Shown in pieces: positions 19,687 through 29,938 of a stretch of DNA of 64,000 nt (positions within the stretch are counted from its first letter, which is position 1; each line of letters opens with the position of its first letter). The stretch spans positions 7,588-71,587 of the forward strand of contig CALXQV010000040.1 of the NCBI GenBank assembly GCA_944390535.1. Direction: 5' to 3'. Position numbers and translations under genes: made by a program. Source of the DNA: an uncultured Clostridia bacterium. Lineage in GTDB: Bacteria > Bacillota > Clostridia > TANB77 > CAG-508. The notes beneath the pieces are model-generated. The model did not search any database. It was not told where the DNA came from and was given only the letters and a program-made list of their open reading frames with translations.

Positions 19687-20418
19687 CTATTTAATATCCT
19701 CTTGTATGGATTTTAAAGCTTCTTGTGTTACTTTACTTTTATCAAATTTATTAATAATAAATATTACAATACCTACTAATAAAAATGTAATGGCATATAT
19801 TACTATACTAGATTTCCAGTCACCTTTCATCAATGTATTTCCTGCAAATGTAGAGGAAACAACAGAAGGTAATCTAGCAAATGTAGATATCAATATCAAT
19901 CGCAATGGTTTGATAGGTAATAAACCTGAAATATATACTAACAAATCTTTTGGTGTTCCTGGTATCATGAATAATATAATTAATATCCATTCAATTTTTT
20001 TTGGGTTTTTAAATAATTTACTATTTTCAATCTTTTTTACTTTTTCTTCATCACAAAAGTCATATACAAATTTTCTTCCTAGTTTTCTTACTAAAAAGAA
20101 TATTGCTGTTGTAATGATAAACACAGATACGGTGATGAATAATAAGCCTCCCCAACCACCATAACACATACCTGCCAATATTTCTATTGGTTCACCTGGC
20201 AATATGAATAAAAATATTTGTGCTACTTGAAGTCCAAATAACATAAGTAAACCAATAATACCAGAATCATTAACTCTATTTTTAAAGGCTTCTTGTCCTT
20301 CTACTGTACTTAAATCTTTCATAACAGGTATTAAGTAAATAATAACACCTATGATAATGGCAAATGCAATAATTGCTAAAAATATTCTCAATAATTTTAC
20401 TTTGCTTTTTCTACTCAT
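19687..20418 (-). CDS. TVP38/TMEM64 (DedA-related) family membrane protein
   Basis: PGTPKDLLVYISGLL...FAGN region typical of the family. Confidence 0.6.
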   Translation of the reverse strand: MSRKSKVKLLRIFLAIIAFAIIIGVIIYLIPVMKDLSTVEGQEAFKNRVNDSGIIGLLMLFGLQVAQIFLFILPGEPIEILAGMCYGGWGGLLFITVSVFIITTAIFFLVRKLGRKFVYDFCDEEKVKKIENSKLFKNPKKIEWILIILFMIPGTPKDLLVYISGLLPIKPLRLILISTFARLPSVVSSTFAGNTLMKGDWKSSIVIYAITFLLVGIVIFIINKFDKSKVTQEALKSIQEDIK

Positions 20419-20598
20419 TTTTATCCTTTCTGTTTATGTAAAAATATACCACATCATTTATATTATAACACATTTTTCCTAAAATGTATGTATTTTGCTA
20501 TATTTTTCTCTTACATTTTTGTCATATTTACTATATCATGTAATTATTAAATATTTTTTTATGAAATATTAAAGTTTTCTTAATATCTATTTTTATAT

Positions 20599-20650
20599 GA
20601 ACAATAGCGGGCTTTTTTTAAACTTTTTCTCTATTCATAACATTTTAAAG
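20599..20650. repeat. Conserved ~50-nt motif, copy 2 (see 1486-1545)
   Basis: gaacaatagcgggcttttttttaaactttttctctattcataacattttaaagc. Confidence 0.35.
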
Positions 20651-20694
20651 CACACCTTAAATCAAATTAAGATGTGCTGTTATTTACTTTCTAC

Positions 20695-21132
20695 TTATTC
20701 TCTTTTCCACGTCATAACATATTCTGTTTCGTTAAATTGTTCATTTAATTGAACTTTCGTATTTTTAAATTGTAGATTTGAAAAAAATACAATCCCATTC
20801 ATATTTTTTTCAAATATTTTTATAAACAATTCTGTACTTTCCTCTAACGTATTTTTACAATAATTTAATAATTTTGTCCCGATTTCATTTCCTCTGTTTT
20901 CTTCTTTTACATATATGGCTTTGATTTCATTATCACAAACAGAAATAAATCCTAACACTTCATCTTTTTCTACATATACATATGTTTTAAATTGATTTAA
21001 AAAATCTACTTTTACTTGATTATAAATTTCTAACCAATAATCTTTTTCAATGAAACTATTTGCCTTAAAATTTCCTTTTACCCATATAGTCATAACTTTT
21101 GTTAAATCTTCTTCTTTTATTTTTCTTATCAT
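20695..21132 (-). CDS. GNAT-family N-acetyltransferase
   Basis: IYVKEENRGNEIGTKLL acetyl-CoA-binding motif. Confidence 0.65.
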   Translation of the reverse strand: MIRKIKEEDLTKVMTIWVKGNFKANSFIEKDYWLEIYNQVKVDFLNQFKTYVYVEKDEVLGFISVCDNEIKAIYVKEENRGNEIGTKLLNYCKNTLEESTELFIKIFEKNMNGIVFFSNLQFKNTKVQLNEQFNETEYVMTWKRE

Positions 21133-21226
21133 AAAATCACCTTTTCCTTTGTTTCTTTAAATTTAACAAAAAATTGTGTATTTTTCAATATATTTTATAT
21201 CTTACTTTTTTCAATTTTTTATTCTT

Positions 21227-22252
21227 TTAAAATTCATTAATTTCTTTTGCAAATGTAAATGGTATAATTTCGTTGTCTTTTGTTTCTATATAAGCTTTTT
21301 CTTTGTGCATGTAATCTGAAATTTCATAACTTTTATAGTTTTTAAATTTTTCAATAACTTTATCTATTATCTCTTTGTCTTCTTTTTTTAATTTTTTTAT
21401 TTTATATTGTTCATTAAATTCAATTCTATATTCCTCATACTCACTTTCATTAATAAATAAATTTGATTTTATCGAAGATAATTCAATAATTTCTCTATGG
21501 CCTATTGGTAATGCTCCATATGGCATATGCTCATAGACTAGTCCTGTAATTGCATGACCATTATTTTTATAACTTAAACTATCTATATACCATAGCAATT
21601 TCATTAATACAACTTTTTTTGTTGGTCCCATTTCCTTTATAATATATCCTACTATATTAGTTAGTGTTCTAATATCTAATACTATATCTCCATTTTCAAT
21701 AGAGGCTTTATCATATTGGATATATTTTGCAATTAATTCTTGTTCATTTAAAAAATTGAGAATATTTTTATCGATTACTTCTTTAACATAGGTTGCAATT
21801 TCATCATATCGTTTAAATTTACTCTTATTCTTTTCTAATAATTTTAAAACAAATAGTGGATTATCGTTTAATTCTTTTAGCATATTATCTATACTTGTAT
21901 CTTGAATTTGCTTTGTTTCATATCTTGTTATTGTAATTTCACCCAAGTTTAATAAATATGCCATTTCACTTTGGGTTAAATGATATTTTTCTCTTATTTG
22001 TTTGATTTCTCTTGAAGTTAATAAATCATTTTTCTTTCTATATTCATCTAGGCTATTAATTAAGTTGATATTCCATAAGTCACCAGACATAAATATATTA
22101 TTGTTTGAATATTTATCACATTTATAATAAAGTTCTTTATATTTAATATTTTCACCTTTTACAATTGTTTCTCTTTCCTCTTCCATTAAGCAAACTTCGT
22201 GTATTTCTTCACAAATAGAACAAAACATCTTTACTTTCTTTAATTCTTTCAT
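21227..22252 (-). CDS. Zn-ribbon/HTH (MqsA-like) N-terminus fused to a Panacea (DUF4065, SocA-like) domain; antitoxin-like
   Basis: CSICEE...C-x-C N-terminus; HLTQSEMAYLLNL HTH; LMKLLWYIDSLSYKNNGHAITGLVYEHMPYGALP Panacea-like core. Confidence 0.5.
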   Translation of the reverse strand: MKELKKVKMFCSICEEIHEVCLMEEERETIVKGENIKYKELYYKCDKYSNNNIFMSGDLWNINLINSLDEYRKKNDLLTSREIKQIREKYHLTQSEMAYLLNLGEITITRYETKQIQDTSIDNMLKELNDNPLFVLKLLEKNKSKFKRYDEIATYVKEVIDKNILNFLNEQELIAKYIQYDKASIENGDIVLDIRTLTNIVGYIIKEMGPTKKVVLMKLLWYIDSLSYKNNGHAITGLVYEHMPYGALPIGHREIIELSSIKSNLFINESEYEEYRIEFNEQYKIKKLKKEDKEIIDKVIEKFKNYKSYEISDYMHKEKAYIETKDNEIIPFTFAKEINEF

Positions 22253-22281
22253 ATTATTTATTTAACTTTCTAATAATATTA

Positions 22282-22297
22282 ACTATCAATTGATAGT
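22282..22297. promoter_or_regulatory. Perfect 16-bp palindrome in the promoter region of the HTH/Panacea gene; candidate autoregulatory operator
   Basis: actatcaattgatagt. Confidence 0.4.
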
Positions 22298-22361
22298 CGA
22301 TATTATTATACACAGTATTCGTAATTATGTCAATATGAATGTATAAAATATATAAAACTCC

Positions 22362-22394
22362 TTTTATATCAGTAAAAAGGAGTTTTGTTACTAT
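22362..22394 (-). terminator. Rho-independent terminator after the gtrB-like gene
   Basis: aaaactcctttttactgatataaaaggagtttt followed by a T-rich run on the minus strand. Confidence 0.5.
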
Positions 22395-22403
22395 CATAAT
22401 TTC

Positions 22404-23351
22404 TTATTTATCATTTAATTCTTTTTTTCCATTATATTCATTTACCAAATATAATGGTCTATTTTTACTCTCATTAAAAATTCTTCCTAAATATTCTCCT
22501 ATGATTCCAAATAATAAAATTTGAACACCTGAGAAAAATAAAATTAATAATATAATTGCTTGATAAGCTTGAATTGCTGTACTAGTTATAATACATTTCG
22601 CAATGACATATATAAAATATACAAATAGTAGTATAAATGTTGGAATACTAATATAGGTAGATATTCTAAGTGGTGAAGTGGTAAAAGAGGTAATACCATC
22701 TATTGCTAAATCCACCAACTTTTTATAATTCCATTTCGTTCTACCAGCTACTCTTGGATCTCTATCATATAAAACTTCTTTTTTCTTATACCCTATCCAG
22801 CTAAACATACTTTTCGAATTTCTTTGAGATTCTCTCATTTTTTTCAACGCATTCACACATCTTCTATCTAATAAACGAAAATCTCCCGTATCTTTTTGAA
22901 TTGGAACATTTGTTAAATATTGTAATATTTTATAATACATTTTAGAAGTAAATTTTTTTAACCAAGTTTCTCCTTTTCTTGAATTTCTTTTTGCATAAAC
23001 ATCATCATATCCTTCTTCCCAATATTTTACCAATTCTGGAATCAATTCTGGTGGATCTTGTAAATCTGCATCCATAAAAATGACACAATCTCCTGTTGCA
23101 TAATCTAGACCTGCTATCATGGCTATTTCTTTTCCGAAATTTCTAGAAAAATCAACATAACAAATTCTATCATCTTTTTCTCTATATTCTTTTATTAATT
23201 CAATGGTATTATCTTTACTTCCATCATTTACAAATAAGATTTCAAATTGATATTTTTTAACAGAATCCATTAATTTTTCTAATCTTTCATATAAATGTGG
23301 TAATGATTCTTCTTCATTATATGCTGGTATGATTATCGTTATTTTCTTCAT
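22404..23351 (-). CDS. GT2 polyprenyl-phosphate glycosyltransferase (GtrB/CsbB-like) with C-terminal TM segments
   Basis: IIIPAYNEEESL...DADLQDPP GT2 motifs; two C-terminal hydrophobic helices. Confidence 0.75.
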   Translation of the reverse strand: MKKITIIIPAYNEEESLPHLYERLEKLMDSVKKYQFEILFVNDGSKDNTIELIKEYREKDDRICYVDFSRNFGKEIAMIAGLDYATGDCVIFMDADLQDPPELIPELVKYWEEGYDDVYAKRNSRKGETWLKKFTSKMYYKILQYLTNVPIQKDTGDFRLLDRRCVNALKKMRESQRNSKSMFSWIGYKKKEVLYDRDPRVAGRTKWNYKKLVDLAIDGITSFTTSPLRISTYISIPTFILLFVYFIYVIAKCIITSTAIQAYQAIILLILFFSGVQILLFGIIGEYLGRIFNESKNRPLYLVNEYNGKKELNDK

Positions 23352-23787
23352 TTATTTCACTTCCTTGTTCTTTTACTTTTTTTGTTTTAAACGCAAAAAA
23401 TTTACTAATAAAAAAGTTTAATATAACTACAACTACTGTTATACTTACTTTGGTTATAATATATTCTACATGTAATATAGTATAAAATAAAAATACACCT
23501 GCCATTTCAATTACCATTGTAAATGATCTGCCTAATATAAATTTTAAAAATTCTGCCCATTTTTCTTTTGCTGTTTCTGCTGTGGAATTAAATACCATTT
23601 TACGATTTGTAAAATAGGCAAATAGGATTGATATGATAATTCCTATGGTACTTGCTAAATTTCCTTCTACTTGAAATGCTTTTGCTAATATTGCTGAAAT
23701 AACAATATTAACTAGTGTTGTTAATATTCCAAATATCAGATAAGATATTGTTTCTCTCGTACACAATTTTTTGATAATTTGTTCCAT
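23317..23787 (-). CDS. GtrA-family small membrane protein (flippase-like)
   Basis: ~150 aa with 4 TM segments; overlaps the gtrB-like gene start. Confidence 0.6.
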   Translation of the reverse strand: MEQIIKKLCTRETISYLIFGILTTLVNIVISAILAKAFQVEGNLASTIGIIISILFAYFTNRKMVFNSTAETAKEKWAEFLKFILGRSFTMVIEMAGVFLFYTILHVEYIITKVSITVVVVILNFFISKFFAFKTKKVKEQGSEINEENNDNHTSI

Positions 23788-23928
23788 TTCTCTTCTCTTT
23801 CTTTTCCTATATTTTCTTTTTTATTATATACTAAGCCTATATTTTCGTCAAGCAATAAGACGAGAAGGCTTCTCGTCTTGTTTGTATATTAATTTCTATT
23901 TTTAACTATCCGTAATATTTAAACTCCA

Positions 23929-26900
23929 TTAATAACGTTTATATCCTATATTAAAGTCTACATATCCATTGACCCCTGGAATCGTTCCTTTGCTTGTATA
24001 TTGCCAAATTTCATAATGTCCTGTATAATCTGCTACATTATTATATTGTGCTAACCAAATGTCAAACTGATTTAATTCATTCATGTTTAAATTATCATAA
24101 AACCAATTTCTACTTGCATAAATCATCGGTGTATAACCATTTTGCTGAATTGTCTCACAGAATGCTTTGCATACTATTGTTCTTGTTGGTACATCTAAAT
24201 TATCAGCTCTTCCAGAATTATTGGGAGCTCCTGATTTTTCTGTATCTATTGCAATTGGATAATCTAATTGATATGTATAACCAGATTGATTTAGTGTATT
24301 CATTACCCAATTAGCTTCTTCTATTGCTTCTTCTTTATTTACTGCTTGTGTAAAGAAATATACTCCAACCTTTAATCCTGCATTTTTAGCACCTTGCATA
24401 TTTATTCTAAAATATGGATCTTCCTTAAAATTACCCTCTGTGCCATATCCTCTATATCCAATTCGTATCATTGCAAATTCAATTCCTGAACGTCTTACAA
24501 ATTCCCAATTAATTAATCCATTCCATTCACTAACATCTATACCTTTTAAGGCTAAATTTTCAAATTTAAACTTCTGGGCATTTGATCCATTTGGCTTGTA
24601 TACTTTTACATTTGTTCCGTTTGCAGTTTGTTCATTATCAACATCTAAATATCTTCCATCTACTTTTGAAGCAATATGATAGTAATTATCTCCTGCATCT
24701 ATAATCTTCCACTTTTGTGCATCACTACCTACATATTTACTTTGTACAACATTACCATTTTGTACTGTTAATACCAATCCAGAATGTTGTGCTGTAATTT
24801 TATAATATCCTTCTTCTAGATACTGTACTTGAAAGTTTTGTTGTGGTACATTTGTACTCATCCAAATCTGTATGTTCGCTCCATCTTCCATTGAACCTTC
24901 AGATACATCTATTACGCTTTTATTATTTAAAGCTGTAGAAATTCTATAGGTGTCGTTAGATATTAATGGTGGATTTAAAAATTTGAATTTTTGAGCAGTT
25001 GATCCATTTCCTTCATATACTTGAACATTTGCTCCTTTCTTTATTTTTCCATCTTTAACATCTAGATATAATCCATTGCATTTTGACACAAGGTAATATT
25101 CTCCATTACCTGCTTCTTTAATCATCCATCTTTGTGCATTTGTACCATTGCTCTCATATTGTGCTACATTTGTACCATTTCTATTCGTTCCACCTTCTAC
25201 GTCTAGTACTTTTCCAGAATGTAATGCTTGAATTCTATAATACCCGCCTCCTTGATATTCTACTAAAAACTTTTGCTGATTTACATTATCATTTATCCAC
25301 ATTTGCAAATTAGCACTATTAGATTCTGAACCTTCAGATATATCTAACACATAATTTGTGTCTAATACTGTTGCTATATTATATATTCCATCTTTTATGG
25401 TTTGTTTCCCTTCTGCTTCTTCTACATTTACAAATTTAAATTTTTGTGAATCTGTACAATTTGATTCATAAATTTGCATTTTTTGGTTGTCTTTTGCTTT
25501 ACCATCAGAAACATCCATGCAAAGTAAATTTACTCCTGTTTTTATATAATAATATCCATCTCCAGCATCTTTGATAACCCATTTTTGTGTCTCTGAATTT
25601 TTATATGTAGAAAGTTGTATATTAGTCCCTGATGAAGCATTTGTATTTGGTAATTCTATAACTCTATCATCTGAAACTAATTGTAATATATAATAGCCAT
25701 CTCCTTGGTATTTAACATAAAATCTTTGTGCATCACTAATTTCATTTGTTACTATATTAACATTGCTTCCACTTCCATTTAAATACATATTTGCATTTAA
25801 TTTCGTATTTATTTTATAAATTCCATCTTTTATAGTTTGTTTACATTCTGACTCTAATATGAATTTTTGTGCATTTGAACTATTTTTTGCATATACTTGC
25901 ACATTTGTTCCCTTAGCTGATTTACCATCCTCTATATCTAAATAATATCCATTCAATATTGAACGAACACTATATGTTCCATCTGTATTTTTTTCAATTG
26001 CCCATTTTTGTGCATCTGAATCATTCCATTCATATTGTTGTACATTTGCACCATTAATCATTGATCCATTTTCAATGTCTAAAACCTTTTTTGAATGCAT
26101 TGCTTCTATTTTATAATATCCTTCTTCATGATAGGAAATTTTAAATCTCTGTTGACTTGCTTCTTCATTTTGCCAAATTTGAATGTTAGCTGAATTATTC
26201 ATTGATCCTTCTGACACATCTATTACTTTATTGGTATCTAAATTTGATTTAATTATATATATTCCATCTTCTATCGTTTTTTCAGATTTGTACTCATTTT
26301 TTTCTAGTATGAATTTTTGTGCATCTGAATTATTTTTTGTATATACTTGCACATTTGTCCCTTTAGTTGAGCTTCCTTCAGCTAAATTTAAATAATAACC
26401 ATTTAATATTGAGCGAAAACTATATGTTCCATCTGAATTTTTTTCAATTGTCCATTTTTGTGCGTCTGAATTATTCCATTCATATTGTTGTACATTTGCA
26501 CCACTGACCATTGCTCCATTTTCAACATCGAAAACTTTTTTTGAATGTTTTGCTTCTATTTTATAATATCCTTCTTCATGATAGGTAATTTTGAATTTTT
26601 GTTGATTTACATTTTCATCTTGCCAAATTTGGATATTTGCTGAATTATCTAGTGATCCTTCTGATACATCTATTACTTTATTGGTATCTAATTTTGATTT
26701 AATTGTATATATTCCATCTTCTATCGTTTTTTCAGATTTGTATTCATTTCTTTCTAATATAAACTTTTGTGCATCTGTTTCATTTCCCTCATATACTTGT
26801 ATATTTGCCCCTTTTTGTATCTTACCATCTGCTATATCTAAATATAAGCCATTACATTTTGAAACAAAACTAACTTGTCCATTACCCAAATCCAATATTT

Positions 26901-27540
26901 TCCACTGTTGTGCATCTGTAGCATTACTGTCGTATTGTCTAACATTTGTTCCATTGGCTTTACTTGCATCTGCTACATCTAATACTTTTTTAGAATGTAT
27001 GGCTTGAATTGTATAATATCCATTTCCATTACTCGTTATTTTAAACCTTTGTTGATTTACTTGATTATCATAAGTCCATAGTTGTAAATTAGCCTCCACT
27101 TTATTTGAACCTTCTGAAATGTCAAGCACCATATTTTTATCTACTGCAGATCGTATTACATATATTCCATCTTCTATAATCAAATTTGAATATGTTTGTA
27201 TTGAAGTTATTTCATTTTCTACTCGTTCCTCTTCAGTATTTTCTTTTTGCATATCATCTTCAATTACTTCCTCATTTTGTAAAATATTTTCTTGTTTATT
27301 TGTCGTTCCCTCTTGCTTGTCATTACTTAAATCGTTACTATCCACATCTTTTCCTGAAGATTCTTCATTTTTTATATTTTCATCAACTTTTTCTTCATTA
27401 TTTTTTAGGTCCTCTTGTATTATAGTAGTATTTTTCAAATCATTAGTTTCCTGACTTGCATAAATAACTGTTGGTAAAAATATATTAACTAGTAATATGA
27501 TAATTGTACATCCTGTAATTATTTTTTTTACATTTTTCAT
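23929..27540 (-). CDS. Secreted 1203-aa protein: signal peptide, acidic low-complexity region, ~6 ricin-B (QxW) lectin beta-trefoil repeats, C-terminal GH25 muramidase
   Basis: Repeated ...AQQWKI / AQKFIL QxW motifs; C-terminal GIDVSEWNGLINW...GVYFF GH25 signature. Internal DNA repeats at e.g. 26260-26410 and 26690-26760 reflect the domain repeats. Confidence 0.75.
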   Translation of the reverse strand: MKNVKKIITGCTIIILLVNIFLPTVIYASQETNDLKNTTIIQEDLKNNEEKVDENIKNEESSGKDVDSNDLSNDKQEGTTNKQENILQNEEVIEDDMQKENTEEERVENEITSIQTYSNLIIEDGIYVIRSAVDKNMVLDISEGSNKVEANLQLWTYDNQVNQQRFKITSNGNGYYTIQAIHSKKVLDVADASKANGTNVRQYDSNATDAQQWKILDLGNGQVSFVSKCNGLYLDIADGKIQKGANIQVYEGNETDAQKFILERNEYKSEKTIEDGIYTIKSKLDTNKVIDVSEGSLDNSANIQIWQDENVNQQKFKITYHEEGYYKIEAKHSKKVFDVENGAMVSGANVQQYEWNNSDAQKWTIEKNSDGTYSFRSILNGYYLNLAEGSSTKGTNVQVYTKNNSDAQKFILEKNEYKSEKTIEDGIYIIKSNLDTNKVIDVSEGSMNNSANIQIWQNEEASQQRFKISYHEEGYYKIEAMHSKKVLDIENGSMINGANVQQYEWNDSDAQKWAIEKNTDGTYSVRSILNGYYLDIEDGKSAKGTNVQVYAKNSSNAQKFILESECKQTIKDGIYKINTKLNANMYLNGSGSNVNIVTNEISDAQRFYVKYQGDGYYILQLVSDDRVIELPNTNASSGTNIQLSTYKNSETQKWVIKDAGDGYYYIKTGVNLLCMDVSDGKAKDNQKMQIYESNCTDSQKFKFVNVEEAEGKQTIKDGIYNIATVLDTNYVLDISEGSESNSANLQMWINDNVNQQKFLVEYQGGGYYRIQALHSGKVLDVEGGTNRNGTNVAQYESNGTNAQRWMIKEAGNGEYYLVSKCNGLYLDVKDGKIKKGANVQVYEGNGSTAQKFKFLNPPLISNDTYRISTALNNKSVIDVSEGSMEDGANIQIWMSTNVPQQNFQVQYLEEGYYKITAQHSGLVLTVQNGNVVQSKYVGSDAQKWKIIDAGDNYYHIASKVDGRYLDVDNEQTANGTNVKVYKPNGSNAQKFKFENLALKGIDVSEWNGLINWEFVRRSGIEFAMIRIGYRGYGTEGNFKEDPYFRINMQGAKNAGLKVGVYFFTQAVNKEEAIEEANWVMNTLNQSGYTYQLDYPIAIDTEKSGAPNNSGRADNLDVPTRTIVCKAFCETIQQNGYTPMIYASRNWFYDNLNMNELNQFDIWLAQYNNVADYTGHYEIWQYTSKGTIPGVNGYVDFNIGYKRY

Positions 27541-27597
27541 AATGTTCCCTCCATTACAATTGTTTTTTATTATATTAAAACTAATATCAAAATAGAT

Positions 27598-28842
27598 TTA
27601 TTCGTCAATATACAATTCTTTATTTTTCCTTATGTTTGAAATGCATACATAGACAAAGAATGTAAGCATACATATAAATAGTAAGTTCATTATGATTATA
27701 CAAGAAATAGAAGCACCTGTCATATTATACATTTTAACAAGTTTTTCTGGAATAAATAATGAAAATATTGCTACTAATCCATAAGCTATTGTTGTTAATT
27801 TCTGTTTTCGCATTGTTCCTAATGCATTAAACAATACATTTGAAGAAGCATATAAAAATCCAGAAAAAATCAAAAGAATAAGATGTATTTTATATTCTTC
27901 TAAATTTACTCCATATAATAAATTTAATAATGGTATTCCTAGTATATATGCACCAATTTCTGTACATAATGTTGCTAAAGCAAGTATACCTATAATCACT
28001 AAGATTATCTTTATAAATTTTTTATATTGCTTTTCATTCCAATACTCTCCAAAAGGTTTTAAAAAAGGTTTTATAATAAATATACTCAACATATTTATTA
28101 CAAATGTTGGCATATATAATATATTAAAATATGTCTGCATTGAATAATCTCCAGTTGCATCTATTGCATACTTTACCGCATTAATTACATACATACTAAT
28201 AAGTGTTGATATTGCTAATGGAATACATTCTTTAATAATTTGTATTATTTTTTGTTTATTTACTTTCAAATGTATACTAGCAAATTTTTTTATAAGTTTT
28301 GCATCATATAAGAAAAATACAATTATATTTGCCATTAAAAAACCTATCAATGATACAATTATATTTTTAGTTATATAATCTAAAATAAAAAATACAATTA
28401 AACCAATAATATTTCGATATACAATTGTCTTTCCACCTAATTCTAATCTCCCATTCAATTGAAATTCAGCTTGATACGTTTCACTTATATTTTCAATTGC
28501 CCTAAACATAATCAATAATAGACATATGTATAATTTTTCTTCTGTATATCCAGTTACAAGAACAAAAATGATACCTATTATTATCATGAGAATAACTGCA
28601 AAAAATCGTGCAATTAGATATTCGGAAAATGTATTTTTCCTTATTGTATCTGTCGTTTGATAAATTCTAAGTCCAAAATTTCCAATTGAATCTAAAATAC
28701 TAGCAGTAGCATAACTAATAGAAAACATACCTGCAATTTCAATACCATTTAATCTAGTACAAAAAGCAAGTATAATTGCGTTTAAGACTGAAGAAATAAG
28801 ACTTCCAATTGTATTCCATATAAATTCTCTTTTCTTAATCAT
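27598..28842 (-). CDS. Polysaccharide flippase (Wzx/MOP family)
   Basis: 12-14 TM segments with a typical Wzx N-terminus. Confidence 0.55.
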   Translation of the reverse strand: MIKKREFIWNTIGSLISSVLNAIILAFCTRLNGIEIAGMFSISYATASILDSIGNFGLRIYQTTDTIRKNTFSEYLIARFFAVILMIIIGIIFVLVTGYTEEKLYICLLLIMFRAIENISETYQAEFQLNGRLELGGKTIVYRNIIGLIVFFILDYITKNIIVSLIGFLMANIIVFFLYDAKLIKKFASIHLKVNKQKIIQIIKECIPLAISTLISMYVINAVKYAIDATGDYSMQTYFNILYMPTFVINMLSIFIIKPFLKPFGEYWNEKQYKKFIKIILVIIGILALATLCTEIGAYILGIPLLNLLYGVNLEEYKIHLILLIFSGFLYASSNVLFNALGTMRKQKLTTIAYGLVAIFSLFIPEKLVKMYNMTGASISCIIIMNLLFICMLTFFVYVCISNIRKNKELYIDE

Positions 28843-28852
28843 GTTTTTACCC

Positions 28853-29938
28853 TTACCACTTAATATCTATTTTTAATATTCTTGTTATAAAATTATAAAA
28901 TTGTAGAAATAATCTAAACATATGCAATTTGTAAATTTTTTTAAGTATTGCTACTTTTAGATTTACTCTTTTATGTTTTAACGTATAGAAAACATTTAAA
29001 TATTCACTCTTTTTCCATTCATGAAAATTTTTGTTTAAATAATTTAATATCTCGTTATAGTGTTTATTAAAATTCTTTTTATCGTTCTTAAAAACACTCA
29101 GCATTAATGATACAGCAAAATGTAGAAAAGCAATGCATGAAAGTATCTCTAATTTTTCTTTCGAAACCTTTTCCTCTGCATATATATTTTTAACTTGTAG
29201 CATAGAAATCTTAGTTCGTTCTATATCATCATTTTTTAAAGTTTGCATTGCTGAGCCTGGTATTACCATATAATTATATAAATAATCATTAACAAAAGAA
29301 ATTCTTTCAGCATTTAAATAAGCTATTGTTAAAAACATCATATCTTCTAATATTCTAGGAGGATTTTGTAGTTCTTTCATATTTTTTAAAATTGAAGCCT
29401 TATATATTTTATTCCATAGTGCTGTATTTATAGATATAACATCTTCTGGATTTTTATCCATAGTAATTGTATAATTAGAGTCTAATCCCATTTCACAAGA
29501 TAAAATCTTTCCTGTAATACTGTCAATTCTTTTAAATCCACATACAGAAATATCAGCGTCATTCTTTTTAATATTATTGTATAATTTTTCTACAAATTTT
29601 ACATCAACATAATCATCAGAATCTACAAATGCTATGTACTCACCTCTAGCAAGCTTTATACCATCAATTCTTCCTTTCCAAACACCTTCATTTTTCTTAT
29701 CTATAATAACAATATTTTTCTCTTTGTATTTTTCTTTGTAGTCTTTTAAAATTTGTAAGCAATTATCTGGGGAACCATCATTGATACAAATAATTTCTAT
29801 ATCTTCTAATGTTTGATTAAGTAGTGAATCTATACATGTTTTTAAATATTTTTCTACTTTATATACTGGAACAATTATGCTTACTTTAATTTCCTTATTC
29901 ATCTTTTTTTTCCTTTTCATTATTAATTTTATACTCAT
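28853..29938 (-). CDS. GT2 glycosyltransferase
   Basis: SIIVPVYKVEKYL...FVDSDD motifs. The start is probably at MNKEIK. Confidence 0.7.
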   Translation of the reverse strand: MSIKLIMKRKKKMNKEIKVSIIVPVYKVEKYLKTCIDSLLNQTLEDIEIICINDGSPDNCLQILKDYKEKYKEKNIVIIDKKNEGVWKGRIDGIKLARGEYIAFVDSDDYVDVKFVEKLYNNIKKNDADISVCGFKRIDSITGKILSCEMGLDSNYTITMDKNPEDVISINTALWNKIYKASILKNMKELQNPPRILEDMMFLTIAYLNAERISFVNDYLYNYMVIPGSAMQTLKNDDIERTKISMLQVKNIYAEEKVSKEKLEILSCIAFLHFAVSLMLSVFKNDKKNFNKHYNEILNYLNKNFHEWKKSEYLNVFYTLKHKRVNLKVAILKKIYKLHMFRLFLQFYNFITRILKIDIKW

